This document shows, piece after piece, positions 7,947 to 16,073 of a stretch of DNA of 23,418 nucleotides. The translations under genes were made by a program, and so were the position numbers. Under the pieces are notes generated by a model. The model saw only the letters and a list, made by a program, of their open reading frames with translations, made no database searches and had not been told where the DNA came from. Source of the DNA: Candidatus Baldrarchaeum yapensis (GTDB lineage: Archaea; Asgardarchaeota; Baldrarchaeia; Baldrarchaeales; Baldrarchaeaceae); the NCBI GenBank assembly GCA_016840465.1, contig JAEOSH010000033.1:1-23418 (forward strand). Reading direction: 5' to 3'. The stretch's first letter is position 1; every line of letters starts with the position of its first letter.

Positions 7947-9104
7947 ATGCGGAAAGTGGCAATTGTCGGTGTCGGGCACTCAAAGTTCGGGGACAGAAAT
8001 GATGTTACGTTCTCAGAATTGGCATGGGAGTCCATGAAACCGGCACTGGAGGATGCAGGACTTACGCCAAAGGACATAGAGATGCTAGTTGTCGGCAACA
8101 CCGGAATGTGGTCAGAGGAAGGATTGCCTGCTGTCGTAATCGCTGATTATGCGGGAATGAGCGATGCTGCACTCATAAGGGTTGAAGCCGCATGCGCAAC
8201 CAGCAGTGCTGCGCTCAGAACTGCATATCATGCAATAGCGTCCGGTGAAGTTGACATTGCAATGGCTGTTGGTATAGAGAAAATGAGAGAGGTGGATACT
8301 CCGATCGTGGTTGAGCTTATCGGACGAGCGGGTTACTACTACTGGGAGTTTGAGAACTTCGGGTTCACATTTCCCGCGTACTATGCGCTTCATGCAACTG
8401 CCCATATGGCAAAGTATGGAACCACCGAGGAACAGCTTGCCATGGTTGCAGTAAAGAATCACAAGTATGCGGTTAATAACGAGTATGCTCAATTCAGAAG
8501 AGAGATAACTGTCGAAGATGTGCTCAAGTCGAGACCAATAGCCTGGCCTCTCAAGCTACTGGACTGTTGCCCCATCACCGATGGATCTGCAACCGCGATA
8601 CTGGCAGCAGAAGAAGTTGCAAAGAAGTTGACAGATACTCCCATCTGGATTGCTGCATGTGAGGCCGCTGGTGGCACAGCAAATCTCAGCAAGCGAGACA
8701 GTTATGTTGGACTAAGGGCAGCTGTTCTCGCCGCTCAAAAGGCGTACAAGAAGGCCAAGGTGGGACCAGATCAGATAGACGTCGCGAATGTGCATGATTG
8801 TTTCACGATCGCAGAAATAATGGCATATGAGGATCTCGGCTTCTGCAAGAAGGGTGAAGGAGGAAAGTTCATAGAGGAGGGTCAGTCCTACATTGGTGGA
8901 AAGATTCCAGTGAACGTTGACGGCGGCTTAAAGGCGAAGGGGCACCCCATAGGGGCCACAGGCACGTCGATGATCTTCCACCTGGTAGAGCAGCTAAGAG
9001 GAGAAGCACCAAACCAGGCGGACATAAAGCATGGGTACGCGCTTGCTCATAACGTTGGTGGAACTGGTCATTACTGCTATGTGACGATATTGAAGAGGGA
9101 TTGA
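7947..9104 (+). CDS. Archaeal thiolase (acetyl-CoA C-acetyltransferase, SCP2/HDCF type)
   Basis: Catalytic Cys in EAACATS, plus VHDCFTIAE and KGHPIGATG motifs; followed by a DUF35 gene. Confidence 0.93.
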   Translation: MRKVAIVGVGHSKFGDRNDVTFSELAWESMKPALEDAGLTPKDIEMLVVGNTGMWSEEGLPAVVIADYAGMSDAALIRVEAACATSSAALRTAYHAIASGEVDIAMAVGIEKMREVDTPIVVELIGRAGYYYWEFENFGFTFPAYYALHATAHMAKYGTTEEQLAMVAVKNHKYAVNNEYAQFRREITVEDVLKSRPIAWPLKLLDCCPITDGSATAILAAEEVAKKLTDTPIWIAACEAAGGTANLSKRDSYVGLRAAVLAAQKAYKKAKVGPDQIDVANVHDCFTIAEIMAYEDLGFCKKGEGGKFIEEGQSYIGGKIPVNVDGGLKAKGHPIGATGTSMIFHLVEQLRGEAPNQADIKHGYALAHNVGGTGHYCYVTILKRD

Positions 9105-9105
9105 G

Positions 9106-9573
9106 GTGATGGCGATGGCAGAAAAGGAAAAGCCCCCAACTTTCAGGTCTAGGCCTCTCACGCTGATTTACAATTTGCCATACGGTAAGGTTGCGAAGTT
9201 CTGGGAGGCATTAAAGGAGGGAAAAGTTATAACGACGAAGTGCAAGAAGTGTGGCAAAGTCTACTTCCCGCCGCAGATGGACTGCCCGCAATGCATGACT
9301 TCCGACATGGAGTGGATAGAACTCAGTGATGAGGCCGTGCTGGAGGCCTTCTCAATAGTCGTAGTTAGGCCTGCGTCATTTGAGAAGTACAACCCGTACA
9401 TTCTCGCGATAGGAAGACTCGTGCGCGAGGATGTAAAGATATCAACGTGGTTACTTGACGTAGATCCTATGGAGGCGGCGAAGGGCAAGGTTAAAGTTGG
9501 TATGAAACTGAAACTCGTGGTGAGAGAAGTAGATCCCGGAAGGCCGCTATACTACTTTGTTCCTGCCGAATAA
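9106..9573 (+). CDS. DUF35 (ChsH2-like) Zn-ribbon/OB-fold thiolase partner
   Basis: CKKCGKVYFPPQMDCPQC zinc ribbon followed by an OB fold; starts 1 nt after the thiolase stop with GAGGTG upstream. Confidence 0.92.
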   Translation: MMAMAEKEKPPTFRSRPLTLIYNLPYGKVAKFWEALKEGKVITTKCKKCGKVYFPPQMDCPQCMTSDMEWIELSDEAVLEAFSIVVVRPASFEKYNPYILAIGRLVREDVKISTWLLDVDPMEAAKGKVKVGMKLKLVVREVDPGRPLYYFVPAE

Positions 9574-9604
9574 TTCCTATTCACAACTTATCTTTATTTG
9601 CGAT

Positions 9605-9618
9605 CAAAAAGATTTTTG
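9605..9618. terminator. Possible bidirectional terminator between convergent genes
   Basis: CAAAAA-GA-TTTTTG provides a T-tract on both strands in the 63-nt gap between DUF35 and the glycyl radical enzyme. Confidence 0.3.
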
Positions 9619-9636
9619 GCAGTGTTTGTTCGCTCT

Positions 9637-12021
9637 TTAAAGCTTACGCATGTATCGCCGGATTATCTGATCCTGAACCTCTTTTGTCAATTCAACGAAG
9701 TAGGCGCTCCATCCCGCCACTCTCACGACGAGATCTCTATACCTTTCGGGGTTCTTCTGAGCCTCTATCAGTGTATTTACGTCCACGACGTTGAAGTGCA
9801 TGTGCATTCCGCCCATCTCAAAGTACGTCTTTATGAGCGCGGCGAGTTTTTCGGTACCTTCGTCTCCCGCAAACAGGTCTGGAGTTATCGTGACAGTGTA
9901 TGACACTCCATTGGGATACATGCTGAAATCTATTTTCGTAACGGATCTCATGGACGCCGTCAGACCCTTTCTCTCCGATCCGGATGCGGGGCTGACGCCG
10001 TTGCTGAGAGGCTCACCCGCCCTTCTTCCACTCGGCAGTGCTCCGACGAACCTTCCGAAGGGGACAAACGTTGTCATAGGATAAGCGCCGGGTATGAAGA
10101 TTCCCCCTCTGACGTTCCTGTGTTTCATAACCTCCTCACTATAAATCTTCGCGACCAACTTCGCATATTTATCCGCCTCATCGTCATCATTTCCGTATTT
10201 CGGACCTTCATTGAGAAGCATTTGCCTGAGATCCTCACGGTCCTTGAAGTTCGTCTTCAGTGCCTCCACTAACTCTTCCATGGTGATCTTCTTCTCCTTA
10301 AAGACGAATTTTTCTATCGCGGCCAGCGAATCAGCAACGTCGGCGAGGCCTACCATTTGCACTCCTATGAAGTTGTACTTTGCAGATCCGAGCGTGATGT
10401 CCTTTCCCTGTTCGAGAGGCCCGTCAACGCATAACGACAGTAGTGGTGTGGGTTTCACGACTTGATTTGCTATCTCTAGGCAGTTGCATCCCACACACAT
10501 ATGCTTCACGAAATATGCCACCTGTTTTCGGAAGGCTTCTATCACGTCGTCCATGGACTTGAAATTGCGAGGATCTCCCGTTTCCGGCCCCAGTTTTCTC
10601 CTCAACATAACGCTATACCCATTATGTAGCGCTAAATCGAGGCACAGCGCTATGTTGAAGAGCGCAGCATCGGAAGATGTGAAACTGTTGCCAAAGGGGG
10701 CGAATTCTACACATCCTATTGTCGAATAGTTTCTTGCTTCCTTTTCCGGAACTCCCAGCCTCGTCAGGGCCTTTATTATAACCTCATCGCCGAAAAGCGC
10801 AATATTGTTGACTCCCGACTTTATATACTCTGCTAGATACTTCAGAAACTCTGGTGACGTGTTCTTGTGCACCCTCACGTGAATATTGGGCTGACGCATC
10901 CGTACAAGCATCGCTGCATCCAAGAAAACGTAAGTCAGTTCGTTGACCGCGTCGTTTCCATTCTCATCCGTACCGCCAAGTGTTATCGACATGTTTGTTG
11001 GCTGTCCGGCAAAATACTCCATCACCATGCTGTTAAACAGAGGCACTAACTCGTTCGCCTTTATCAGAAAGCATGCAACGAGTTCCACCGCCTTATCTCT
11101 GTCCAGTATTCCTCGTTCCATATCCCTCACGTAATACGGATAGAGATACTGATCCACCCTGCCCATCGAAATTGCCTGCTCGTAATTCTCCTGATGCAAC
11201 GCAACCTGTGTCAGCCATACAAATTGCAACGCTTCATGAAACGTCTCGGGGGGATTCTCGGGGATCCTTTTACATATTCTCGAAATCTCTAATAATTCCT
11301 CCTTTCTTCTCTCGTCTTTTTCGGAATCTGCCAGCTCCTCCGCCTTTGCAGCATATCGCTTTCCGAACCTGATGACCGCCTCCGCTGCTATCCGTGCCGC
11401 CTTGTAGAACTGGGCCTTCTCGATATCCTCCGGCCCGCATTCCTCCATTTCTTCAAACTTTCTGATCTTTTCGCTCACAAGTTCGAGTATTCCCTTGAAG
11501 CCCGTTTTGAGAAGGCGGGGGTAGTTTATTGCGACATGGGAGATGCCCGCAATCTCGGTAAGCACAAATATGCTCGCAAGCCAGAAGAGTTCATTCGTCT
11601 TCCTGGGCATTATCGATGTTCCGTAGGCTTGGAGATTTCTGTTCATCCAGTACGGTGCAATTTCCTCCTTCAGGATTTTCGCGTCCTCATCAGTTATATC
11701 CAAGGGACATAGTTTTCTGTTTCTGACCGCGGGAACCTCGGGCAGAATGCTCAGTCCTATTCCCTCGGGATATACAATTGCGCCTGGAGGGTCGCTCACC
11801 ATGGTCCCGACTATCAGTTCGTCCGGCAGAATGTTAACTGAGATTTTGTCCAGCACGTTGGCGAGGGCGAGCGCTTGTCTGATCACCATTGGCTGCCCTT
11901 CGGTCTTCTTCATGGACTCGGTGTAGTACTTCGCCCTCTCTATGCATATCTTCGGCTTCTTCGATAACATTCTTTCTCTTAATCTTCTTATCCGCTCGAT
12001 GTTCACCACGGCTACCACCAT
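9637..12021 (-). CDS. pflD: Glycyl radical enzyme, Archaeoglobus PFL2 (PflD)-type; substrate unknown
   Basis: C-terminal glycyl loop VRVAGWSAYF and single-Cys loop GCVEF. TEIAGISHVA, HQENYEQAISMGR, PFGNSFTSSDAAL and YPMTT match my recollection of A. fulgidus PFL2. Confidence 0.9.
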   Translation of the reverse strand: MVVAVVNIERIRRLRERMLSKKPKICIERAKYYTESMKKTEGQPMVIRQALALANVLDKISVNILPDELIVGTMVSDPPGAIVYPEGIGLSILPEVPAVRNRKLCPLDITDEDAKILKEEIAPYWMNRNLQAYGTSIMPRKTNELFWLASIFVLTEIAGISHVAINYPRLLKTGFKGILELVSEKIRKFEEMEECGPEDIEKAQFYKAARIAAEAVIRFGKRYAAKAEELADSEKDERRKEELLEISRICKRIPENPPETFHEALQFVWLTQVALHQENYEQAISMGRVDQYLYPYYVRDMERGILDRDKAVELVACFLIKANELVPLFNSMVMEYFAGQPTNMSITLGGTDENGNDAVNELTYVFLDAAMLVRMRQPNIHVRVHKNTSPEFLKYLAEYIKSGVNNIALFGDEVIIKALTRLGVPEKEARNYSTIGCVEFAPFGNSFTSSDAALFNIALCLDLALHNGYSVMLRRKLGPETGDPRNFKSMDDVIEAFRKQVAYFVKHMCVGCNCLEIANQVVKPTPLLSLCVDGPLEQGKDITLGSAKYNFIGVQMVGLADVADSLAAIEKFVFKEKKITMEELVEALKTNFKDREDLRQMLLNEGPKYGNDDDEADKYAKLVAKIYSEEVMKHRNVRGGIFIPGAYPMTTFVPFGRFVGALPSGRRAGEPLSNGVSPASGSERKGLTASMRSVTKIDFSMYPNGVSYTVTITPDLFAGDEGTEKLAALIKTYFEMGGMHMHFNVVDVNTLIEAQKNPERYRDLVVRVAGWSAYFVELTKEVQDQIIRRYMRKL

Positions 12022-12166
12022 ACCCCCATCTCAATATCATGGTAATCGTTTTCCCGCAAAAACCATCCGATCACACACTTCTGATTCTTGACCTTTGCCA
12101 CGAGCAACAACATACACCGCCCTGGTACTCTGAAAGAGATGCCGCCAGCGCTCCGGTTTCGACTCC

Positions 12167-12625
12167 TTATCGTTCCTTTCCGACCATTAGTTGCATTAAT
12201 TCCTCGTGACTCTTTAAGAGTTGATGGCTAAAACCGTGTTTTTTGAGAAAACGCTTAAAACTATCGTCTAAAGTGAGGAGGATCGCGCCACGCGTTGCGG
12301 CGGATGCATACGCAAAAGCATCGAATATATCAGTCCAACCGGATCTTATCACCTGATACGCCACTTCTACGTCTTCACTTGTTGGGGGAAGGATTCTTAC
12401 ATCAATACCAGTAGCTAATGATTCTAAACCCTCTTTAGCATCCTTTGGTATGTTATCTAGGCCCTGTTTTCGCGCTTGCTTAAACATTACACCGCAAACT
12501 TCAGCGAATAGCACCATTGGAAAACAGAGTTCCACATTCCTCGAAATATCAAGAATGTCATCCATGCTTACCCCTTTAACGTCGATTCCCAAAAACGGGA
12601 GTACATAGGAGGTATCAAGTACCAC
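12167..12625 (-). CDS. vapC: VapC-type PIN-domain toxin
   Basis: VVLDTS, FAEVC, DIFDAFAYA and LLTLD give the PIN acidic tetrad. The likely GTG start at 12625 overlaps the antitoxin stop; the ORF is open to 12664. Confidence 0.85.
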   Translation of the reverse strand: MVLDTSYVLPFLGIDVKGVSMDDILDISRNVELCFPMVLFAEVCGVMFKQARKQGLDNIPKDAKEGLESLATGIDVRILPPTSEDVEVAYQVIRSGWTDIFDAFAYASAATRGAILLTLDDSFKRFLKKHGFSHQLLKSHEELMQLMVGKER

Positions 12626-12857
12626 CGCCTTCGAGGACTTCTCTCGAGATCTCCTCCCCGACACTTTCTATCTCCTCCACGCTCACACTCGCCCACATTC
12701 TTCGCTTACGTAAGAATTTTTTAATGGGTTTCAGTATCAGCGTGTCGTCCCTAATTTCCAGTATCAGTTTATCGCCTTCTTTCAAATCGAGTTTTTCGAC
12801 TACGTGCTTCGGCAAGTAAACCGCATTTTTCTTACCGATCTGAATAATCTGACTCAT
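12615..12857 (-). CDS. AbrB/MazE/SpoVT-family antitoxin (VapB)
   Basis: MSQIIQIGKKNAVYLPKHVVEKLDLKEGDKLILEI is a classic AbrB fold, 80 aa. ATG 12857 follows GGTGA and a TATA box. Confidence 0.88.
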   Translation of the reverse strand: MSQIIQIGKKNAVYLPKHVVEKLDLKEGDKLILEIRDDTLILKPIKKFLRKRRMWASVSVEEIESVGEEISREVLEGGGT

Positions 12858-12888
12858 CCGATTCACCAGATTTAACTCGCAGTGAGAG

Positions 12889-12896
12889 TATAAAAA
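12889..12896 (-). promoter_or_regulatory. TATA box of the abrB-vapC operon
   Basis: TTTTTATA on the minus strand, 32-39 nt upstream of ATG 12857. Confidence 0.45.
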
Positions 12897-12918
12897 TCTA
12901 TACTGAGTGGCAAAAAAA

Positions 12919-13174
12919 TTCCCGAAAATGTTACTTCTCACTTCGATCAGCACGCCATCATCAATCGGTAGCAATATTTCAAGATGGTATGCTAGAATAG
13001 CTTCTGCGAGGTTCTTCGGCAAATTATTGTTTGCATGATGACTATTGCAGTAATTGCCTCTTGTAATATTAATAAAATCATTCAGGGCATTTTTCTTCGC
13101 GAAAAGTGATTATTCGATTGTATTTTGGTCCTAAAACAAAATTCCGGAAGTCGTTGGGGCAATTATTTCCCGAA
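12919..13174. promoter_or_regulatory. Four TTCSSGAA palindromes, candidate operator sites
   Basis: TTCCCGAA 12919-12926, TTCGCGAA 13096-13103, TTCCGGAA 13142-13149 and TTCCCGAA 13167-13174; the last overlaps the BRE. Confidence 0.45.
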
Positions 13175-13185
13175 AGGTTTATAAG
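13171..13185 (+). promoter_or_regulatory. BRE-TATA promoter of the ABC/chelatase operon
   Basis: CGAAAG-G-TTTATAAG, 36-50 nt upstream of ATG 13221; AGGTG Shine-Dalgarno at 13209-13213. Confidence 0.62.
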
Positions 13186-13220
13186 CGCCACCGTTGTGAG
13201 GTTCCCCTAGGTGTTACTAA

Positions 13221-14306
13221 ATGTTCAAAAAGTGTTACAGAAGTGCGATGACCCGCCTTGAGGGAGTACTCATAATTGCCCTCATCGCCGTGAGCGTTGT
13301 GGCCGGTTACGCATGGTATATGGCGACGATGGCCCCTACGGTCTCTGCACGTCAGACAATTACGATTGTGGACAGTGCTGGAAGATACGTTACAGTTCCA
13401 TGGCCGGTTAAGCGCGTGGTTGCGCTGACAACTGATGCGGCGATGACTATTGTTGCCTTAGGAGCTAAGGATGTTATAGTTGGAATAACCAAGTATGCGG
13501 CCAGCGAGCCATGGGCCCCAAACGTAACGGTGGTGGGATCGAGTTTCAGTCCGAACATAGAGGCCATAGTTTCCGTGAAGCCCGATATTGTCATAACGTA
13601 TGTGAGGTGGCCGAAGCCTGAGGATCTTGAGGAGAAACTTGAGCCTTTCGGCATAAAGGTTGTTCGTCTCGATCTTTATAAGATTGAGACGCTGTTCTCC
13701 GAAGTAAAGCTACTGGGGCTTTTGCTCAACAGGACAGAGGAGACAGAAGCTCTGATAAACTACTGGAAGGGCGTTTACGAGAACATTACTAGTCGCGTGA
13801 GCGAATTGGCGCCGGAGAACAAGGTCAAGGTGTACTTTGAGACCTACACGGACTTCAAGGCGGTGGGTCCTGGTAGCGGGTGGGATCAGATTCTCAGGCT
13901 TGCCGGGGGCATAAACATTTACGCCGATGCTCCTGTCACGTATCCCGTTGTGACGTCTGAGGACGTGATAAATGAGAATCCTGAGGTGATACTCAAGGCC
14001 GTCTCGACCAGCAAGTTCGATCCCTACAATGCGACCGATGATACTCCACTGAAGCAGATCTGGGAGAGTATCGTTAACAGGTCCGGATGGAACCAGATAG
14101 ATGCCGTGAAAAACGGGCGTGTTTACATAATCTGCGCGGGTCTGCTCCATGATTCCTTTGGTCTCGTGGTGGAGCTTGCCTACATAGCAAAATTACTCTA
14201 CCCGAGCCTGTTTGCGGATCTGGATCCCAAAGAACTCCATAGACACTTCTTAGAGGACAATCTGGGGATCCCGTATGCTGGCATCTGGATATACCCGCAT
14301 GAGTAA
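13221..14306 (+). CDS. ABC transporter substrate-binding protein, cobalamin/siderophore/heme (BtuF/FecB-like) class
   Basis: TIVDSAGRYVTVPWPVKRVVAL, PNIEAIVSVKPDIVI, E..INENPEVI and W.QIDAVKNGRVY motifs; N-terminal membrane anchor. Confidence 0.9.
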   Translation: MFKKCYRSAMTRLEGVLIIALIAVSVVAGYAWYMATMAPTVSARQTITIVDSAGRYVTVPWPVKRVVALTTDAAMTIVALGAKDVIVGITKYAASEPWAPNVTVVGSSFSPNIEAIVSVKPDIVITYVRWPKPEDLEEKLEPFGIKVVRLDLYKIETLFSEVKLLGLLLNRTEETEALINYWKGVYENITSRVSELAPENKVKVYFETYTDFKAVGPGSGWDQILRLAGGINIYADAPVTYPVVTSEDVINENPEVILKAVSTSKFDPYNATDDTPLKQIWESIVNRSGWNQIDAVKNGRVYIICAGLLHDSFGLVVELAYIAKLLYPSLFADLDPKELHRHFLEDNLGIPYAGIWIYPHE

Positions 14307-15309
14307 GAGGCGAGTGTTCGTACTCATGTTACTCGTCCTAGCCCTCCCTCTCATTGTTTTTATTTCCATGAGTGTGGGGGTCCTGCCAGTTAGTCCTCTC
14401 GGTCTCATACTGGCCAGTTTAAGTCCAAATCATGAGGTCAACCCGGTGGCGTGGGCGGTCATTTGGTACCTGCGACTTCCAAGAGCACTTATGGCGGTGA
14501 TGGCCGGTGCGGTCTTAGCGATAGCAGGGGTGGTGCTTCAGGGTTCTTTGAGAAACCCCCTAGTCAGTCCGTTTACTCTTGGTGTGAGTTCCGGTGCGTC
14601 TTTCGGTGCGGCACTCGCAATAGTCCTCGGGGTAGGGATCGTCGGAATGGGAGCCTACTTGATCATGGCAAACGCGTTCGTATTTGCACTTCTGGCAACG
14701 TTCATAACGTTGGGGATTGCGCGTCTCAGGGGGATGACCGCCGAGTCCGTAATATTAGCCGGTATTGCCGTGATGTACATGTTTTCTGCGGGGGTGACCC
14801 TTCTTCAGTACGTGGCGCGGGAGTGGGAGTTAACCGAGTTGGTGTACTGGCTCATGGGGGATCTAAGTAAGGCTAGTTGGCACAGGCTCAGGTACACGGT
14901 TTTAGCGGTTATCGTCTGCATTCCGCTTTTCAAATTTGCATGGGATCTCAACGTGCTCATGATGGGTGATGATGCCGCCAAAAGCCTAGGGACGGATCCA
15001 TCCATGACGAGAGTTGCATGCGCGTGTCTGAGCGCATTGGCGGTATCCATAGTTGTCTGTATGACGGGGCCAATAGGCTTTATAGGCCTAATGGCGCCCC
15101 ATCTCGCAAGATTGGTTGTGGGATCCGACCACAGGTTTTTGATGCCAACTTCCGCCCTTATTGGGGCACTTCTCCTATCCACAGCGGACCTCGTTGCGAG
15201 AACCATCATGATGCCGCTCGAACTCCCGGTAGGAGTTGTGACGGCATTTTTCGGGGTTCCTCTCTTCGTCCATTTACTGCTTAGGACGAGGCGAGAGATA
15301 TGGCGGTGA
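14299..15309 (+). CDS. ABC transporter permease, FecCD/BtuC family
   Basis: LRLPRALMA, LQGSLRNPLVSPFTLGVSSGA and GPIGFIGLMAPHLAR. Likely ATG 14299; the ORF is open from 14275. Confidence 0.93.
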   Translation: MSKRRVFVLMLLVLALPLIVFISMSVGVLPVSPLGLILASLSPNHEVNPVAWAVIWYLRLPRALMAVMAGAVLAIAGVVLQGSLRNPLVSPFTLGVSSGASFGAALAIVLGVGIVGMGAYLIMANAFVFALLATFITLGIARLRGMTAESVILAGIAVMYMFSAGVTLLQYVAREWELTELVYWLMGDLSKASWHRLRYTVLAVIVCIPLFKFAWDLNVLMMGDDAAKSLGTDPSMTRVACACLSALAVSIVVCMTGPIGFIGLMAPHLARLVVGSDHRFLMPTSALIGALLLSTADLVARTIMMPLELPVGVVTAFFGVPLFVHLLLRTRREIWR

Positions 15310-16073
15310 AAATTGTGGTGAGGGATATTACCGTAAGTTATGGTAGCATTCGGGCGTTAGACGGTGTCAGTGTCGAGTTAGAAAGTGGCAAGATAACGTC
15401 CATAGTGGGTCCCAACGGGGCTGGCAAAACCACGTTACTGAAATGTATCAACGGTATAGTGAGGCCGAGTGCCGGCGTGGTGTTCCTAGATGGCATGGAT
15501 ATCCGGAAAATAAAGCAGATCAAGCTTGCGAGACGGATGGGACATGTTCCCCAACTGCCGCCACTACACCTTCCGCTTACCGTATTTGAAACGGTGGCCC
15601 TCGGAAGACGCCCCTATGTGAGTTGGGTGTTGAGCAAGAAAGACATAAGGACCGTTGAGGAGGCCATGAAGGCTGTAGGCATAGAACATCTTTCGGATCG
15701 CTATTTCGACGAGTTGAGTGGCGGAGAGAGGCAAAAAGTACTGATAGCCATGGCGTTAGCCCAAGAGCCGGAGGTTCTGCTTCTGGATGAGCCCACCAGC
15801 AATCTCGATATAAGACATCAGTTAGAGATACTCAACCTCATTCGGCGTTTGGCCCGTGAAAAGAATCTGACCGTGGTGATGGCGATACACGATCTTAACT
15901 TGGCCTCCAGGTTCTCGGACATTATGATAATGCTTAAGGATGGACGCATATTCGCCATCGGATCGCCACGTGAAGTTCTCACTCCGGAGAACATTAGAGA
16001 GGTTTACGGTGTGGAGGTTACCATTCTGACGAATCCGCATCTGCTAGTTGTGCCTATTGGGGTGGTACCATGA
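15300..16073 (+). CDS. ABC transporter ATP-binding subunit (FecE/BtuD-like)
   Basis: Walker A GPNGAGKTT, signature LSGGERQ, Walker B LLLDEP and H-loop AIHD. Confidence 0.95.
   Translation: MAVKIVVRDITVSYGSIRALDGVSVELESGKITSIVGPNGAGKTTLLKCINGIVRPSAGVVFLDGMDIRKIKQIKLARRMGHVPQLPPLHLPLTVFETVALGRRPYVSWVLSKKDIRTVEEAMKAVGIEHLSDRYFDELSGGERQKVLIAMALAQEPEVLLLDEPTSNLDIRHQLEILNLIRRLAREKNLTVVMAIHDLNLASRFSDIMIMLKDGRIFAIGSPREVLTPENIREVYGVEVTILTNPHLLVVPIGVVP

Noticed and set aside
12155-12166. GGTTTCGACTCC resembles a tRNA T-loop or att site
   Set aside because: It has an extra T, the flanks do not form a T-stem, and no cloverleaf or integrase is present.
12858-13022. 55-aa N-terminal extension of the AbrB antitoxin in the ORF track
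   Set aside because: It covers the TATA box and SD of the real ATG at 12857 and has no protein-like features.
13023-13220. Cobalamin riboswitch upstream of the Btu-like importer
   Set aside because: The region is AT-rich with no B12-box or GGGAA/GCCACTG elements, and the promoter leaves a leader of only about 12 nt.
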